NCBI GenBank assembly: GCA_963768055.1
Contig: CAVYGN010000002.1
Location: forward strand, 1,248,001 to 1,312,000
DNA: 64,000 nt
Source of the DNA: an uncultured Spirochaetota bacterium
GTDB taxonomy: Bacteria > Spirochaetota > Brevinematia > Brevinematales > JAOACQ01
Reading direction: 5' to 3'
Made by a program: the position numbers and the translations under genes. This document shows, piece by piece, positions 21,816 through 32,930 of this stretch; position 1 is the first letter of the stretch; every line of letters begins with the position of its first letter. The notes below the pieces were generated by a model. It made no database searches. It worked only from the letters and a program-made list of their open reading frames with translations, and was not told the origin of the DNA.

Positions 21816-23517
21816 AGAAGAGATCCAGTCTACCCTTATCTCCATCCCCGAACAATTATTACAAATAATCGGAGTCGTTTATACCCACCATAAAACCGGC
21901 GACGGCGGGGATATTTATCTGACCCAATACGGCCTGCCTTATTCGCGCCTTCTTGAAATTGAAAATTGGTACGAACAACAATGGTTTGAAACCCACAGGG
22001 AAAGGCTTGAAGGCACAAGCGCTGTTTTTAAAGTAAAAACCAAAGAAATGGAAGGAAAGAGCCTTGAGCTGGTTGTTAAAAACTCGCGGTTCGGAGAGGA
22101 TGTGCCGCTTGAAACGCGTACGCTCATAGAGTTTATAAACGCCGAATTTAACAGTCCCTGGGAAGAATTTTCGATGGTTTTTGAACTGAGGGAAAGCAAA
22201 TACGGCCCTGACGGCATCAAAGTAAAAACACAATACCCCCTGGCAATATATGTTCCTCCGGAAACCATGCAGCTCTGGCAAAGCGGCAGGTCCGCATACA
22301 AGGTAAGCCGCATAATCGACAGGCATCCGGGCATCGATATCGATATTCTCAAACAGTATAAATTGATTTACGGATGGATAAAGGGAAAAAATATAATAGA
22401 AGTTTTCAATGAGATCGGAATAGCAGGGGCCGAGCTTGAAATGAATCTGGCGCCGATTACCAGAAAAGTGATAGCTGACCTTGATAAAAAGGGGTACGCG
22501 GTAGCGGATATGAAACCATCCCATATAATAATCGATGAAGATAATATCAATAAGCTCGATGTAATGGGCGATAATAGCGATCATAAATCCCGGGGGAAGA
22601 AATTTACTTATATTCTTGACTTGGTAAACAGCGGGCAATATTCGATAGTAGATTATGAACTATTGGTCCGCACTCCGTCATATGACGAATATGTAAAGAA
22701 TATCCGCAGGCATACATATCTTGACGATCAGAGGGACAGGTATTTAGCCGCTCCTCTGCCGTCATACCTTTCTGAAATGGAAATTTTCAACGTGCCCTAT
22801 ATATATGGTCATGTGGAAAGCACGGGAGGGTTACTATGGGTAGTGGGAAGAAACCCGAACCTTTACGATTATTTCCTGCCTGAAAGGTGGAGGACCACCC
22901 ATAACTGGAAACTATCGGTTAAGAACGAAGTTTTTTATACAATCACGAAGGACAATATCCATATTGTCTGGAAGGATTCCCGCGTAGGGGAAAAGCCTTC
23001 GGCTTCTCCAATGATCGAATACGGTTACAACAGCCCGTTCGAAGAGTTCTCGATAGCCGAATACCTGAATAATAACGGGGTTCCGACCGTATATATGCGC
23101 GCGATTTATATGACCGGCAGTTCCAAGCAGGAACACTCGGAGGATATGAGGCGGTATGAGGCCCATGGCAGGCTTAAATGTCCCGACGGCCGTCCCGTAT
23201 TAAGCGCTCTGCATAATTATATCACGATCAGGGGATATTATAACGGTCCCGATGAATGGGTAGCTGAGCAAAAAGGGCAGCTGTACAGGCCCGTCGATCT
23301 GGCAAAAGCGCTGAATAGCGGCGTTTTCACTGAAACTGAAGCTTACGGCCTCATCGGCAGGGTAATCTCATCAATGAAAAATATAGGCTACGACGGCTCC
23401 CTTCTCCAGGCAAACGATATAATAATATCCTATAATACAAAAGGCGATATCGTAAAAGACAATGAAGGATATCCCGAATTACGCATAACCAACCTGGAAT
23501 TCATCAGAAAAATTTAA
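21805..23517 (+). CDS. Hypothetical protein, internally duplicated protein-kinase-like fold
   Basis: Halves share [16 protein letters not shown] and [19 protein letters not shown]-half has DMKPSH and VDYE. Confidence 0.6.
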   Translation: MNYEEEIQSTLISIPEQLLQIIGVVYTHHKTGDGGDIYLTQYGLPYSRLLEIENWYEQQWFETHRERLEGTSAVFKVKTKEMEGKSLELVVKNSRFGEDVPLETRTLIEFINAEFNSPWEEFSMVFELRESKYGPDGIKVKTQYPLAIYVPPETMQLWQSGRSAYKVSRIIDRHPGIDIDILKQYKLIYGWIKGKNIIEVFNEIGIAGAELEMNLAPITRKVIADLDKKGYAVADMKPSHIIIDEDNINKLDVMGDNSDHKSRGKKFTYILDLVNSGQYSIVDYELLVRTPSYDEYVKNIRRHTYLDDQRDRYLAAPLPSYLSEMEIFNVPYIYGHVESTGGLLWVVGRNPNLYDYFLPERWRTTHNWKLSVKNEVFYTITKDNIHIVWKDSRVGEKPSASPMIEYGYNSPFEEFSIAEYLNNNGVPTVYMRAIYMTGSSKQEHSEDMRRYEAHGRLKCPDGRPVLSALHNYITIRGYYNGPDEWVAEQKGQLYRPVDLAKALNSGVFTETEAYGLIGRVISSMKNIGYDGSLLQANDIIISYNTKGDIVKDNEGYPELRITNLEFIRKI

Positions 23518-26500
23518 GTCTGGCTCCCCGCAAGTTTCTTTTGCTGCGCCCTGCGGACTCTCCACCTGTCAAGCCTCCATTCCACCGCCTCGTAAACCAC
23601 CGGAACGACCACAAGGGTGAAGAAAGTCGATGTGAGCACACCGCCGATGACCGCTACAGGCAGAGCCTGTCTTCCCCTGGACCCTTCGTTGAGTCCGAGG
23701 GCCATCGGCAGCATTCCGAAGATCATGGCGAAGCTTGTCATTAAAATAGGCCTCAGTCTTATAGGCCCGGCATGAAGCAGGGCTTCCCTGATAGTCATCC
23801 CCTCGACCCTTTTTTTATTGGTAAAGTCTATCAGCAGGATCGCGTTCTTGGTGACCAGCCCCATTACAAGAAGGATCCCTATGAATCCGTAGATGTCGAT
23901 ATCGACTTTTGTCAGCAGCAGGAGTAGCGATGACCCAATTAGAGCCAGAGGTATCGAGATCATCAGGATTATCGGCTGTATGAAATTATTGTAAAGCGAG
24001 GCCAGGATCATGTATATAAAGAGCAGGGCAAGAACCAGGGCCAGAGCCATCTGCGGCACCAGCTCGTTGTAATTTTTCTGCTGTCCGGCGAAATAATAAT
24101 AGTATCCGGGAGGCATCGGCACGGTCGTATCGATCTGTTTTGAAATATTTTTCAAAACCTCCTGCAGGGAATGGCCCGGCGCAAGATTGCCGAAGATCCT
24201 CACTATGCGCTGTTTGTTTTCCCTGCGTATAGCAAGCGGGGAGGATGAATAGGTAAAGTTGGCTATCGCCGAGATAGGGACTTTCGTGCCGTTCTGGGTC
24301 GGTATCATGATATTCCTTATATCTTCAGCCTTCTGCCTGTCCTTTTCATCCATCCTTATTACGATGTCAAAATCCTGGTCGCCCAGGGTATATTCTGAAA
24401 TTATATTGCCCTGTATGAGGTCCTGGAGTGTCTGCCCGAGATATTGGGCGGTGATCCCCATCTGCTGGGCCTTGATATTATCCACCTGGAGGACGTATTC
24501 AGGCTGTCCCGGTTTATAGGTCGTGTTGATATCTATAGCTCCCGGAGTCTGCGCTACTATCCTGAAAATTGAAGTGGAAATATCCGCGAGAATGTTCAGA
24601 TCGGGGCCCGCTATATTCAGGTAGATAGGCGAACTTCCCCCACCCGAAGCGCCGCCTCCGCCCCCGCCGTACGAGGCCTGGGTTGTCCTGGCGATGATGT
24701 ATTTTCCGAATTTCATCTGAATATATTTTCTTACCTGGGCCATGAAATCTTCGGTGTTGATATTCCTTTTGCTTGAGTCTTTCATGTCCACGTAAATAAA
24801 CGCCTTCTGGCTGTCCGAAGAGGTCGGGATGCTTCCAGTAGACCCGATAGAGGTATAGACGGTTTCGACAGGCTGTTGTTTAAGCAGATATTTTTCAAGA
24901 TCGTCGGCAAAATAGGCTATTTTGTCGAGGGGCGCGCCGGGATATGTCTCCATGTAAACATTGAACGATCCGGCGTCTCCCGGGGATATGAAATTAGCGC
25001 CTATATACCCTCCCGCAAAAATGTACATGCTGAAAATAAACAACCCCAGTGTAGATATTAAGACCTGCCATTTGTGATTAAGGCTCCAGCGCAGGATTTC
25101 ATGGTAGAGATTGTTCATATAATGATAGGCCTTGTTCCATCCTCCGCTCAGGTTGTCGAAAAACCTCATAACTCCCTTTGATTTAGCTTTATCGGTTTTC
25201 TTGAACCAGTAGGCTGAAAGCATGGGGGCCGATGTAAAGGCGTCGAGAAGCGATATCAAAAGGGCGAAAGCCACTGTAAGGCCGAATTCCCTGAAGAATT
25301 GCCCCGTGACCCCTGTAAGGAATGATATCGGTATAAACACGGCCAGAATAGAAAGGGTTGTCGAAAGCACGGCCATGCCCACCTCGTTAGTCCCGTTTTC
25401 CGCCGCTGTTTTCGGGTCCTGTCCCATTTCAATATGCCTGAATATATTTTCCCTGACGACGATCGAGTCGTCGATTAAAAGCCCTATTGCCAGCTGCAGA
25501 GAGAGCAGCGTCATCGTGTTAAGGGTGAAGCCGGCGATGAAGACCAGGAAAAACGCGCCCAGCAATGAATTGGGCAGGGCCATCGCCGTTATGATAGTCG
25601 AACGGAAATTCCCGAGGAAAAGCCACACTATGACTATAGCGAGGATAGCGCCGAGCAGGATATCGTTTTCCACCCCGGTGATGCTCCTGTGGATGAATTT
25701 CGACTGGTCGCTGACCATTCTAAGGCTGACTCCCTTCGGAAGGATTTTCTGGATGGAAGGCAGGGCCCTGCGCAGATTATCGGATACCGCGACCGTGTTC
25801 CCCCCGCTCTGCTTGAGGATCTGGAACATACAGGCGTTGTTGCCGTTGACCCTTGCCCTGGACAGCTCATCCTGTAATTTAACCTCGACCTTTGCTATAT
25901 CTTTAATGCGCAGTATCTTTCCTGTGGAACTTGTAAGGGCTATGTCCCCGAGGTCCTTTACTTCCTTGGCCAGCCCGAGGACCCGCACGTTTACCCATTT
26001 CTCATTTTCATATATTGTTCCTGTAGGAAAGGTTATATTCCTCTGCTCCAGGGCGTTGACAACCTGCTTGTAGGTCAGGCCTGTAGCCGCAAGCAGTCCC
26101 TTGTTAACCGTAAGGTTAACGACCTTTTTCTGGGCGCCCAGGATATCCACCTCACCGACCCCGTCGACAGCCTCGACCCTGGGTTCGGCCATTTCCTCGA
26201 AAATCTGGCGCAGGTCAGCGAGGCTTTGCTTGCCTTCGATGGACATGTAAATGATAGGAAAATCATCGGTGGAAAAGCGCCTGATAATGGGCTGCTGTAT
26301 GTTTATCGGGAGCTGGTTCATTGTCTGGCCCACCTTGTCCCTGACCTCCAGTTCGGCGAATTTGACGTCTGCGGTCGAGGTGAACTGTATTATAATTATA
26401 GATACGCCTTCTTCGGATTGGGACGAAAGAGTATCGAGGTCCGAAACGCCGCCGAGGTTGTTTTCAAGCGGCTTGGTGACCAGCTGTTCGATCTCTTCGG

Positions 26501-26666
26501 AGGAAGCGCCGTTAAGCTGCGTCACTACCGTTACGACCGGGAAATCTATGTTGGGCAGCATATCCATAGGGAGCCGCATATACCCGACTAGACCAAGTGT
26601 TATAATAGATACTATGATCATTACTACGAACACAGGCCTGTTTATAGCAATTTTAACGATTTTCAT
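23514..26666 (-). CDS. RND efflux transporter permease (AcrB/SwrC-like)
   Basis: 1050 aa; GLLIDDSIVVRENI, KNAILLIDF, RLRPILMT. Confidence 0.95.
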   Translation of the reverse strand: MKIVKIAINRPVFVVMIIVSIITLGLVGYMRLPMDMLPNIDFPVVTVVTQLNGASSEEIEQLVTKPLENNLGGVSDLDTLSSQSEEGVSIIIIQFTSTADVKFAELEVRDKVGQTMNQLPINIQQPIIRRFSTDDFPIIYMSIEGKQSLADLRQIFEEMAEPRVEAVDGVGEVDILGAQKKVVNLTVNKGLLAATGLTYKQVVNALEQRNITFPTGTIYENEKWVNVRVLGLAKEVKDLGDIALTSSTGKILRIKDIAKVEVKLQDELSRARVNGNNACMFQILKQSGGNTVAVSDNLRRALPSIQKILPKGVSLRMVSDQSKFIHRSITGVENDILLGAILAIVIVWLFLGNFRSTIITAMALPNSLLGAFFLVFIAGFTLNTMTLLSLQLAIGLLIDDSIVVRENIFRHIEMGQDPKTAAENGTNEVGMAVLSTTLSILAVFIPISFLTGVTGQFFREFGLTVAFALLISLLDAFTSAPMLSAYWFKKTDKAKSKGVMRFFDNLSGGWNKAYHYMNNLYHEILRWSLNHKWQVLISTLGLFIFSMYIFAGGYIGANFISPGDAGSFNVYMETYPGAPLDKIAYFADDLEKYLLKQQPVETVYTSIGSTGSIPTSSDSQKAFIYVDMKDSSKRNINTEDFMAQVRKYIQMKFGKYIIARTTQASYGGGGGGASGGGSSPIYLNIAGPDLNILADISTSIFRIVAQTPGAIDINTTYKPGQPEYVLQVDNIKAQQMGITAQYLGQTLQDLIQGNIISEYTLGDQDFDIVIRMDEKDRQKAEDIRNIMIPTQNGTKVPISAIANFTYSSSPLAIRRENKQRIVRIFGNLAPGHSLQEVLKNISKQIDTTVPMPPGYYYYFAGQQKNYNELVPQMALALVLALLFIYMILASLYNNFIQPIILMISIPLALIGSSLLLLLTKVDIDIYGFIGILLVMGLVTKNAILLIDFTNKKRVEGMTIREALLHAGPIRLRPILMTSFAMIFGMLPMALGLNEGSRGRQALPVAVIGGVLTSTFFTLVVVPVVYEAVEWRLDRWRVRRAQQKKLAGSQT

Positions 26667-26691
26667 ATTATACCTCCAGAGTCCCTGCGAG

Positions 26692-27651
26692 TCAGTTCCC
26701 GGGGGATGTCTTTATCTGGTCCCCGTCATTGAGCTTGAAGGCTCCCGCTGTGATAACCTCGTCTCCCTCTTTAATGTCTCCGCTGATTTCAACCATACCA
26801 TGGTATGAATAGCCCCGGGATACGTTGATCTGCCTTGCCCTGCCATGGTTGTTGACGAAAATATAAATGTTGTCAAGGTTGGCTATGACCGATTCTTCAG
26901 GAACGCTGAAATCGTTTGTAACCCCTATAATGATATCGACGACAACCGACATCCCTATCTTAAGCATCGTGTTAGTAAGGGGCGCCGTTGCGGTAACGGT
27001 CCCGGAAAGGGTTTGACTTTCTACGAAAGGGGTTACTTCATCGACCGTCGTATTCATTGTTATGTTTGAGTTGTTTTCATAATAAACTTCGGCCTGCATC
27101 CCCTTTTTTATTTTAAGAAGGTCGTCAACACCGAGGTTGACGTCGACCTTTATTTTTTTCGGATTCGCGACTTCGGCGACGGGTTTATCCATGGTGACCA
27201 GAGTCCCCCTGTCTATATAATATAATTTAATAACTACTCCCTCGATCGGCGACCTTACAGGGGCTAAATTGTAAGTCTGCCCCACTATGTCCCTGTAAAT
27301 ATAGGCTATAGGCTGGTCATAAGCGATATAAGCACCTTCGGTTACCGTATTGTACTGGAATTTTCCGGTGACCTGGGGATAAACAAGGACCTGGGGATCG
27401 CCCTCTACGATGCCTTCCCCTGAAACGGTCATCGTCAGCGGCTGTTTTTTCAGGGTCATGGAACCCACCTGGTATGCAAGGGGGGGAGTCTTTTTGCTGT
27501 TTTCAATGATCTTATCGACTATCCGGAGAACTGCCACCCCGAGAATCAATGCGGAAAAACCGATCGCAATGTATATCAGCAATCTTTTCCTGGATTCTTT
27601 TTCTTTATTTCCTTTTTTAGCCATATGCGGCATAATAGTCAGCTTTGCCAT
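26692..27651 (-). CDS. RND periplasmic adaptor (MFP)
   Basis: One N-terminal TM, VRSPIEGVV hairpin, VEISGDIKEGDEVIT; position in operon. Confidence 0.85.
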   Translation of the reverse strand: MAKLTIMPHMAKKGNKEKESRKRLLIYIAIGFSALILGVAVLRIVDKIIENSKKTPPLAYQVGSMTLKKQPLTMTVSGEGIVEGDPQVLVYPQVTGKFQYNTVTEGAYIAYDQPIAYIYRDIVGQTYNLAPVRSPIEGVVIKLYYIDRGTLVTMDKPVAEVANPKKIKVDVNLGVDDLLKIKKGMQAEVYYENNSNITMNTTVDEVTPFVESQTLSGTVTATAPLTNTMLKIGMSVVVDIIIGVTNDFSVPEESVIANLDNIYIFVNNHGRARQINVSRGYSYHGMVEISGDIKEGDEVITAGAFKLNDGDQIKTSPGN

Positions 27652-27661
27652 GTAAAACTCC

Positions 27662-29005
27662 TTATCTGTTTTGTTCCCCTGTCAGTCTCTTCAATTCCAG
27701 CGCGCTTGAAAAATAGTCGAATATGGCCTGCAGGTAATTTCCGGACGCCTGCGTGTAAGCCGTTTCGGCGTTGATAAGATCAAGCGACGACGCCTGCCCC
27801 GCTGCGAATTGTTCATTGGCGATCCTTACCCCTATCTGTGAAAGCCTTAAGCCCTCTTTCTGGCTGACAAGGTTTTGCACGGCCTGGTTTAACTGAAGCA
27901 GGAGGGCTTTGATCTGCAGGTCCAGGGATTCTATGTATTCATCGCGGCTGAATTTGGTTTTCTTTATAGTTTCATCGTACTCTTCATCGGTTTTAGAGGG
28001 CCTTGAAATAGGTATCCAGCTGTCGACCGAAAAGCTCAGCTGCAGGCCTGCGCTCCAGCTCGGCCACCAGTTCTGGTTTGTATCCGTAAATTGACGCTTA
28101 TAATTGTAATCGTAATTGAAAAAAGCGGAAAGTGTAGGGTCGAAATTAGCATCGTTGATGCCCTTTGTTAGAGCCAGGCTTTTTAACGCGACGTCGTATG
28201 AAAGCAGGACGATGCTGTTAGACGCGGCCTTTTCCATGATATCGGTCTCGTTAGTGTTTGTAAAGACCACATTGGTATAATCCATCAAGTCCCCTATGAA
28301 TTCTATGTTGGTTTGATCTATGCCGATAGCATTGCATAAGGAGATCAGCGCCACCTGATAGGCGTTAGAGACCTGGACCAGCTTGGGCTGGTTATTCATA
28401 TACAAGACCTCGACGCTTATATAATCGTACTGCGATGCTATCCCCTCACGGTAATTGATCTTCGAGGAAATAAGCTGGTTCGAAAGTTCCCTGTCCAGAT
28501 CCTGGTCCAGCCTTATGTTTTCTCTTAAAACGATAAGGTCGTAGAAAGCGGTTTCAGTCGAATAGATCGTTGCCTGTTTTGCATCCTCGTATTTTTTTCT
28601 TGCGAGAGCAAGGTTGATCTCTTTTATCTGAAGCGCATCGAGGTTCCTGAAGCCCAGGAAAAGGGCCTTGCTTATAGTCAGCCCCGCCGAGTAGTTATTC
28701 GGGAAAACGTTCGATGTCTGAGAGAACCCAGAACCGGATGGAGTATTGATAATACCGTTAGATACAGTCAGGGGATCCAGCATGGTATAAGTTCCGCTCA
28801 CGTTAATGCTGGGAAGCCAGAAATCGGCGAAATTCTCCCCGTATTGGGCTTCGGCGATAAAAACGTCTTTCTCGGCCTGCTTGAGGTCGAGGTTGTTATT
28901 TAAGGCCATTTCGACTGCGTTGGAAATAGTGATTGTTCTTATATTTTCAGCGTAAGCGGATAACGACATAAAAATCAGCAAAAGCGCTGAAACAGCAAAC
29001 CTCAT
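27662..29005 (-). CDS. TolC-family outer membrane channel
   Basis: Signal peptide, ISNAVEMALNNNLDL, two helical repeats (YREGIASQYD / FAAGQASSLD). Confidence 0.9.
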   Translation of the reverse strand: MRFAVSALLLIFMSLSAYAENIRTITISNAVEMALNNNLDLKQAEKDVFIAEAQYGENFADFWLPSINVSGTYTMLDPLTVSNGIINTPSGSGFSQTSNVFPNNYSAGLTISKALFLGFRNLDALQIKEINLALARKKYEDAKQATIYSTETAFYDLIVLRENIRLDQDLDRELSNQLISSKINYREGIASQYDYISVEVLYMNNQPKLVQVSNAYQVALISLCNAIGIDQTNIEFIGDLMDYTNVVFTNTNETDIMEKAASNSIVLLSYDVALKSLALTKGINDANFDPTLSAFFNYDYNYKRQFTDTNQNWWPSWSAGLQLSFSVDSWIPISRPSKTDEEYDETIKKTKFSRDEYIESLDLQIKALLLQLNQAVQNLVSQKEGLRLSQIGVRIANEQFAAGQASSLDLINAETAYTQASGNYLQAIFDYFSSALELKRLTGEQNR

Positions 29006-29646
29006 TGAATACCTCCGATTCCATTATAACCTATTGCCCTGTAAATGTAATGTTTAAGATCCTCGATCGGCATTGCGGCCTTTGTTTGATTAAGTCCGGC
29101 GTCATAATCTTTAATATAGTTAAATATCATCATTATGGTTAGCTGAGCGGACATCACCGGTTCGACTTCTTCCAGGATTTTTCCCTCTTTTTTACCCTGA
29201 TCGATAATATTTTTAAGGGAATTAACGAAATATTCCCTTGCCTTGAGGAAATACTTATACGGTTCCTTTATATTTTTATCATGATAAGCCTTTTTTATTA
29301 AATAAAGATGCTCTTCGAAGAAAGTACTGATAAAATTACCGGAAATGCGGGTCATATTTACCAATTTTTCGATAAAAAAATCCAGTTTGCCTTCGAATGA
29401 ATCCATTGAATCTATTTTTTCAAGGTATTTTTTGGTATCTTCCAATATATTCAGAATAATAGAGAGGAAGAGCATGAGCTTATTTCCGAAATGCCTGTAA
29501 ATCGTACCTTTGCCAATGGAAAGGGCCAGCGCGATTTCCTCGATGTTGGTCTCGTAATATCCTTTTTTTTCGAAGGCCTTTTGAGAGGCGCCGAGGATTG
29601 CCCTATCCAGTTCGGTCAGGCTGCCGATCTTTTCCAGAATCGTCAT
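29002..29646 (-). CDS. TetR/AcrR regulator
   Basis: HTH IEEIALALSIGKGTIYRHFGNK. Confidence 0.92.
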   Translation of the reverse strand: MTILEKIGSLTELDRAILGASQKAFEKKGYYETNIEEIALALSIGKGTIYRHFGNKLMLFLSIILNILEDTKKYLEKIDSMDSFEGKLDFFIEKLVNMTRISGNFISTFFEEHLYLIKKAYHDKNIKEPYKYFLKAREYFVNSLKNIIDQGKKEGKILEEVEPVMSAQLTIMMIFNYIKDYDAGLNQTKAAMPIEDLKHYIYRAIGYNGIGGIQ

Positions 29647-29660
29647 TTAGGTTCTCCACT

Positions 29661-29684
29661 AACGGACGGACCGGACCGTCCGTT
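29661..29684. promoter_or_regulatory. Probable TetR operator
   Basis: Perfect inverted repeat AACGGACGG-N6-CCGTCCGTT just upstream of the tetR start, downstream of a minus-strand TATAAT (29691-29696). Confidence 0.75.
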
Positions 29685-29736
29685 TCAAGCATTATAATAT
29701 TAAGCATAAAAATTGAAAAAATCAAATTATGGAAAA

Positions 29737-30186
29737 TTATAAATTACCTTTTGGAAGCCTTACTATAGTGAACCAGAAATTATCGATCGATTGCACGACA
29801 TTCATAAGCCCGTCAAAATCCACGGGTTTTTTGATGTAGCAGTTGGCATGCAGGTCATACGCTTTCACCACGTCCTCCTCGGCCGATGACGAAGTGAGCA
29901 CGATTATAGGGATCGATTTCAATCCGGGGTCATTTTTAATATCCGATAATACTTCCCTTCCGTCTTTCCGCGGCAGGTTCAAATCCAGAAGGATCATATC
30001 CGGCCTCGGCGCGTTTTTATATGAACCCTCTTTTTTAAGGAATTGCATAGCCTTTTCCCCGTCGCTGACATTTTCCAGGCTGTTTAAAATCTTAAAGTTT
30101 TTGAAAGCCTGCCTGATAAGCTCTACGTCGCCGGGATTATCCTCAATAATCAGTATTACTGCGGGGTCAGCATCTTTTCTGTTCAT
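29737..30186 (-). CDS. Single-domain response regulator (Rcp1-like)
   Basis: EDNPGD, LLDLNLPRKDG, LTSS, ANCYIKKP. Confidence 0.92.
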   Translation of the reverse strand: MNRKDADPAVILIIEDNPGDVELIRQAFKNFKILNSLENVSDGEKAMQFLKKEGSYKNAPRPDMILLDLNLPRKDGREVLSDIKNDPGLKSIPIIVLTSSSAEEDVVKAYDLHANCYIKKPVDFDGLMNVVQSIDNFWFTIVRLPKGNL

Positions 30187-31636
30187 AAAAGTCCTCCAGA
30201 TTATCCGGTACTGTAAAAAAGAATGTGGAACCTTTTCCAACGCTTGATTCCACCCAGATCCTTCCGCCATGGCTTTCGATGATCTTTTTACATATGGCTA
30301 ATCCCATACCTGTTCCTTCATATTCCTCATGCGTATGAAGGCGCTTGAAAATTATAAATATTTTATCAAAATGTTTCGGATCGATCCCGATGCCGTTGTC
30401 TTTTATTGAAAAAACCCACTCGCTGTCTTTATGAACCGATGATATCTTTATCCTCGGGGCAACGCTGCCGCAGAATTTAACTGCATTGGATATAATGTTC
30501 TGGAATACCTGGGATAGCTGGACAGCGTCGTAATCAAGAGTCGGCAGATTTCCGGATTCTATTACCGCCCCGCTTTCCTCCAGGAGGACTGAAAGATTAT
30601 TTTTAACCTTTTCCAGAAGCTGTCCGCAGTCGTTAGGCGTAATGCTTCCGCATTGCGGATTTATCCTTGAATAAGACAGCAGGTCGTTTATCAGGTCCTG
30701 CATCTGCCTGGCGCCCTCGATTGCGAAATGGATGAACTTATCCGCTTCAGGGCTTAATTTTCCCTTGTAATGCTCGGAGAGAAGCTGGGTATAACTTGAG
30801 ACCATCCGGAGGGGTTCCTGAAGGTCATGAGAGGCGACATAAGCGAACTGTTCGAGGTCCATATTGGACCTCTGGAGTTCCCTTACCGTCTCTTTCAGTT
30901 CCTTTTCAACCTTCTTTCTTTCAGTGATGTCCCTGATTATATTTATAAGGGTCCGCACCCCTCCTATTTCCGCCCCTTTGGAACTGGCTTCCACCGGGAA
31001 AATGCTTCCGTCTTTCCTGCGGTGAACCGTTTCGAAGATTATGCCATGAAGATCGGCCTCTTCCATCTGCTCGGCGGTTAATTCCCGTTCGCTCTCGGCG
31101 CGGATGTCGGGAAGGGAGAGTTTTAAGAGTTCATCCCGGCTGTATCCGTACTCTCTAAGGGCCGCATCGTTCCCGTCAAGAATGCGGAGGTCGGACTTTC
31201 TCAGGAAAAGGATTATATCCCTGCTGCTTTTCACGAGCAAATCGAACCTGGATTTTGTTTCTTTCGATTTTTTGTTTTCAGTGATATTTTCAAAGACCGC
31301 GGCGAAATACCCCTTTTCAGGGCAGTACACAGAAATATTGAACCATATATTCAACTGTTCCACATATGTCTCGAATCTTTCTGGATTTCCGGTCGTCGCG
31401 CACCGTCCGTATACTTCGAAAAGCTCCGGATTTGTTTTCCGGATTCCGGGGATCACTTCCGTCACCTTTTTCCCCGCAACATTTTCAAGGCCGGTCAATT
31501 TCAAGAAAGCCGTGTTGACCATAACATATATAAAATTCACCGGCCTGCCTTTTTTGTCATAAACCATTTTGCAGTAGGCTATCCCGTTAAGCATATTATC
31601 GAAGAGAGAGCGTATCGCTAACGATTCATCGATCAT
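30167..31636 (-). CDS. PAS-PAS sensor histidine kinase
   Basis: LEQFAYVASHDLQEPLR H-box; N, G1, F and G2 boxes; two PAS regions. Confidence 0.93.
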   Translation of the reverse strand: MIDESLAIRSLFDNMLNGIAYCKMVYDKKGRPVNFIYVMVNTAFLKLTGLENVAGKKVTEVIPGIRKTNPELFEVYGRCATTGNPERFETYVEQLNIWFNISVYCPEKGYFAAVFENITENKKSKETKSRFDLLVKSSRDIILFLRKSDLRILDGNDAALREYGYSRDELLKLSLPDIRAESERELTAEQMEEADLHGIIFETVHRRKDGSIFPVEASSKGAEIGGVRTLINIIRDITERKKVEKELKETVRELQRSNMDLEQFAYVASHDLQEPLRMVSSYTQLLSEHYKGKLSPEADKFIHFAIEGARQMQDLINDLLSYSRINPQCGSITPNDCGQLLEKVKNNLSVLLEESGAVIESGNLPTLDYDAVQLSQVFQNIISNAVKFCGSVAPRIKISSVHKDSEWVFSIKDNGIGIDPKHFDKIFIIFKRLHTHEEYEGTGMGLAICKKIIESHGGRIWVESSVGKGSTFFFTVPDNLEDFYEQKRC

Positions 31637-32676
31637 TACTGGGTACCCTCCCCGGCAATGGGCAGGATTATAAGAAATTCCGTCCCGCTTTTATTTTTTA
31701 TTTTCAGTGTCCCGTTACTGCTTTTAACCAGGTCGCTGACAAGCTGTAATCCAATGGAGCCGTTTTTCATGGGGTCAAAGGCATGAGGAAGACCGATTCC
31801 GTCGTCGCTGATTGAGTAGAGGTAATTATTCCCTTTATTTTCAAACCTGATCTTTATATTTCCATTACGATCCCCTGGAAAAGCGTGTTTTACGGCATTT
31901 GTCACGATTTCATTCATTATAAGCCCGCAGGCTACTGCCGTTTTCGCGTCGATTAAAATATCTTCAATATTCTTACTAATTGTTATTTTTTTTATATCCA
32001 ATTGATAGGTCATTGAAAGTTCATCGGTAAATGCTGAAATATACTCTTTCATATTGACGCTTGTGTGGTTTTGAGCCTCCTGCAGTATTTCATGAACATG
32101 GGCTATCGCTAAAACCCTGTTCTTAATATCGGCAATGGCGGTCCTGCAGCAGTTTTCTTTTTCCATGTTCATCTGTAAGCTCATGATGCTTGAAATGATC
32201 TGAAGGTTATTCTTGATCCGGTGGTGAATTTCCTTCATAAGATATTCCTTTTCATCGATCGCTTTCTTAAGGTTTGTTTGAAACTCCTTTCTTTCAATAG
32301 AATAACAGATTGTCCTGATCAGAAGTTCCTTATCGAACTCGCCTTTTACCAGATAATCCTGCGCGCCATGCGAGAGAGCTTCCATCCATGCCGATTCGTC
32401 GGATAAGCCTGTAAGAATAAGCACAGCAAGATCCGGAAACCTTGAGTTAATTTTATCGAATGTATCGATCCCGCTATTGTCCGGTAAAGACAGGTCCAGT
32501 AATACGATATCGTATCTTTTTACCGTGAGCAATTTTAACCCGTCGTTTAAGTAACAGACTGCGTCCGGCGGATTATTAAGGCCTGAATCTTTGAGCATGG
32601 TGCCTATTAAAACCTGGTCGCCCCTGTTGTCCTCGATTAAAAGTACCTTTAAATTCTTATATTCATGGAAAGCCAT
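31636..32676 (-). CDS. Receiver-HisKA_2 hybrid histidine kinase
   Basis: LLDLSLPD receiver; KEIHHRIKNNLQ H-box. Confidence 0.92.
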   Translation of the reverse strand: MAFHEYKNLKVLLIEDNRGDQVLIGTMLKDSGLNNPPDAVCYLNDGLKLLTVKRYDIVLLDLSLPDNSGIDTFDKINSRFPDLAVLILTGLSDESAWMEALSHGAQDYLVKGEFDKELLIRTICYSIERKEFQTNLKKAIDEKEYLMKEIHHRIKNNLQIISSIMSLQMNMEKENCCRTAIADIKNRVLAIAHVHEILQEAQNHTSVNMKEYISAFTDELSMTYQLDIKKITISKNIEDILIDAKTAVACGLIMNEIVTNAVKHAFPGDRNGNIKIRFENKGNNYLYSISDDGIGLPHAFDPMKNGSIGLQLVSDLVKSSNGTLKIKNKSGTEFLIILPIAGEGTQ

Positions 32677-32930
32677 AAACCCTGCCGCTGAATTATTGGT
32701 TATTGTTTCTTCGCTTTAAAAATATCCATTATTTATTTGATAGTCAAGCGATGAAGCGCATGAATTTGTCGAAGTGAAATCTTGCTGCATGGGAATGGCT
32801 CGAAAACTTTCGGATTAAAAAATTAATTTTTGGTCAGGTTTTTTATAAATTATTTGACAAACTATTACGCCGTATATAGTTTTATAGTAAACAAAAATAG
32901 TGTTTATAAATTTAATTTTCCGGAGGCGTT

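Noticed and set aside
24630..24672. Poly-Gly stretch in the RND permease
   Set aside because: Common flexible loop in this family.
29737..32676. Cph1/Rcp1-like kinase and regulator as a phytochrome system
   Set aside because: No GAF/PHY photosensory module; a common PAS kinase cluster.
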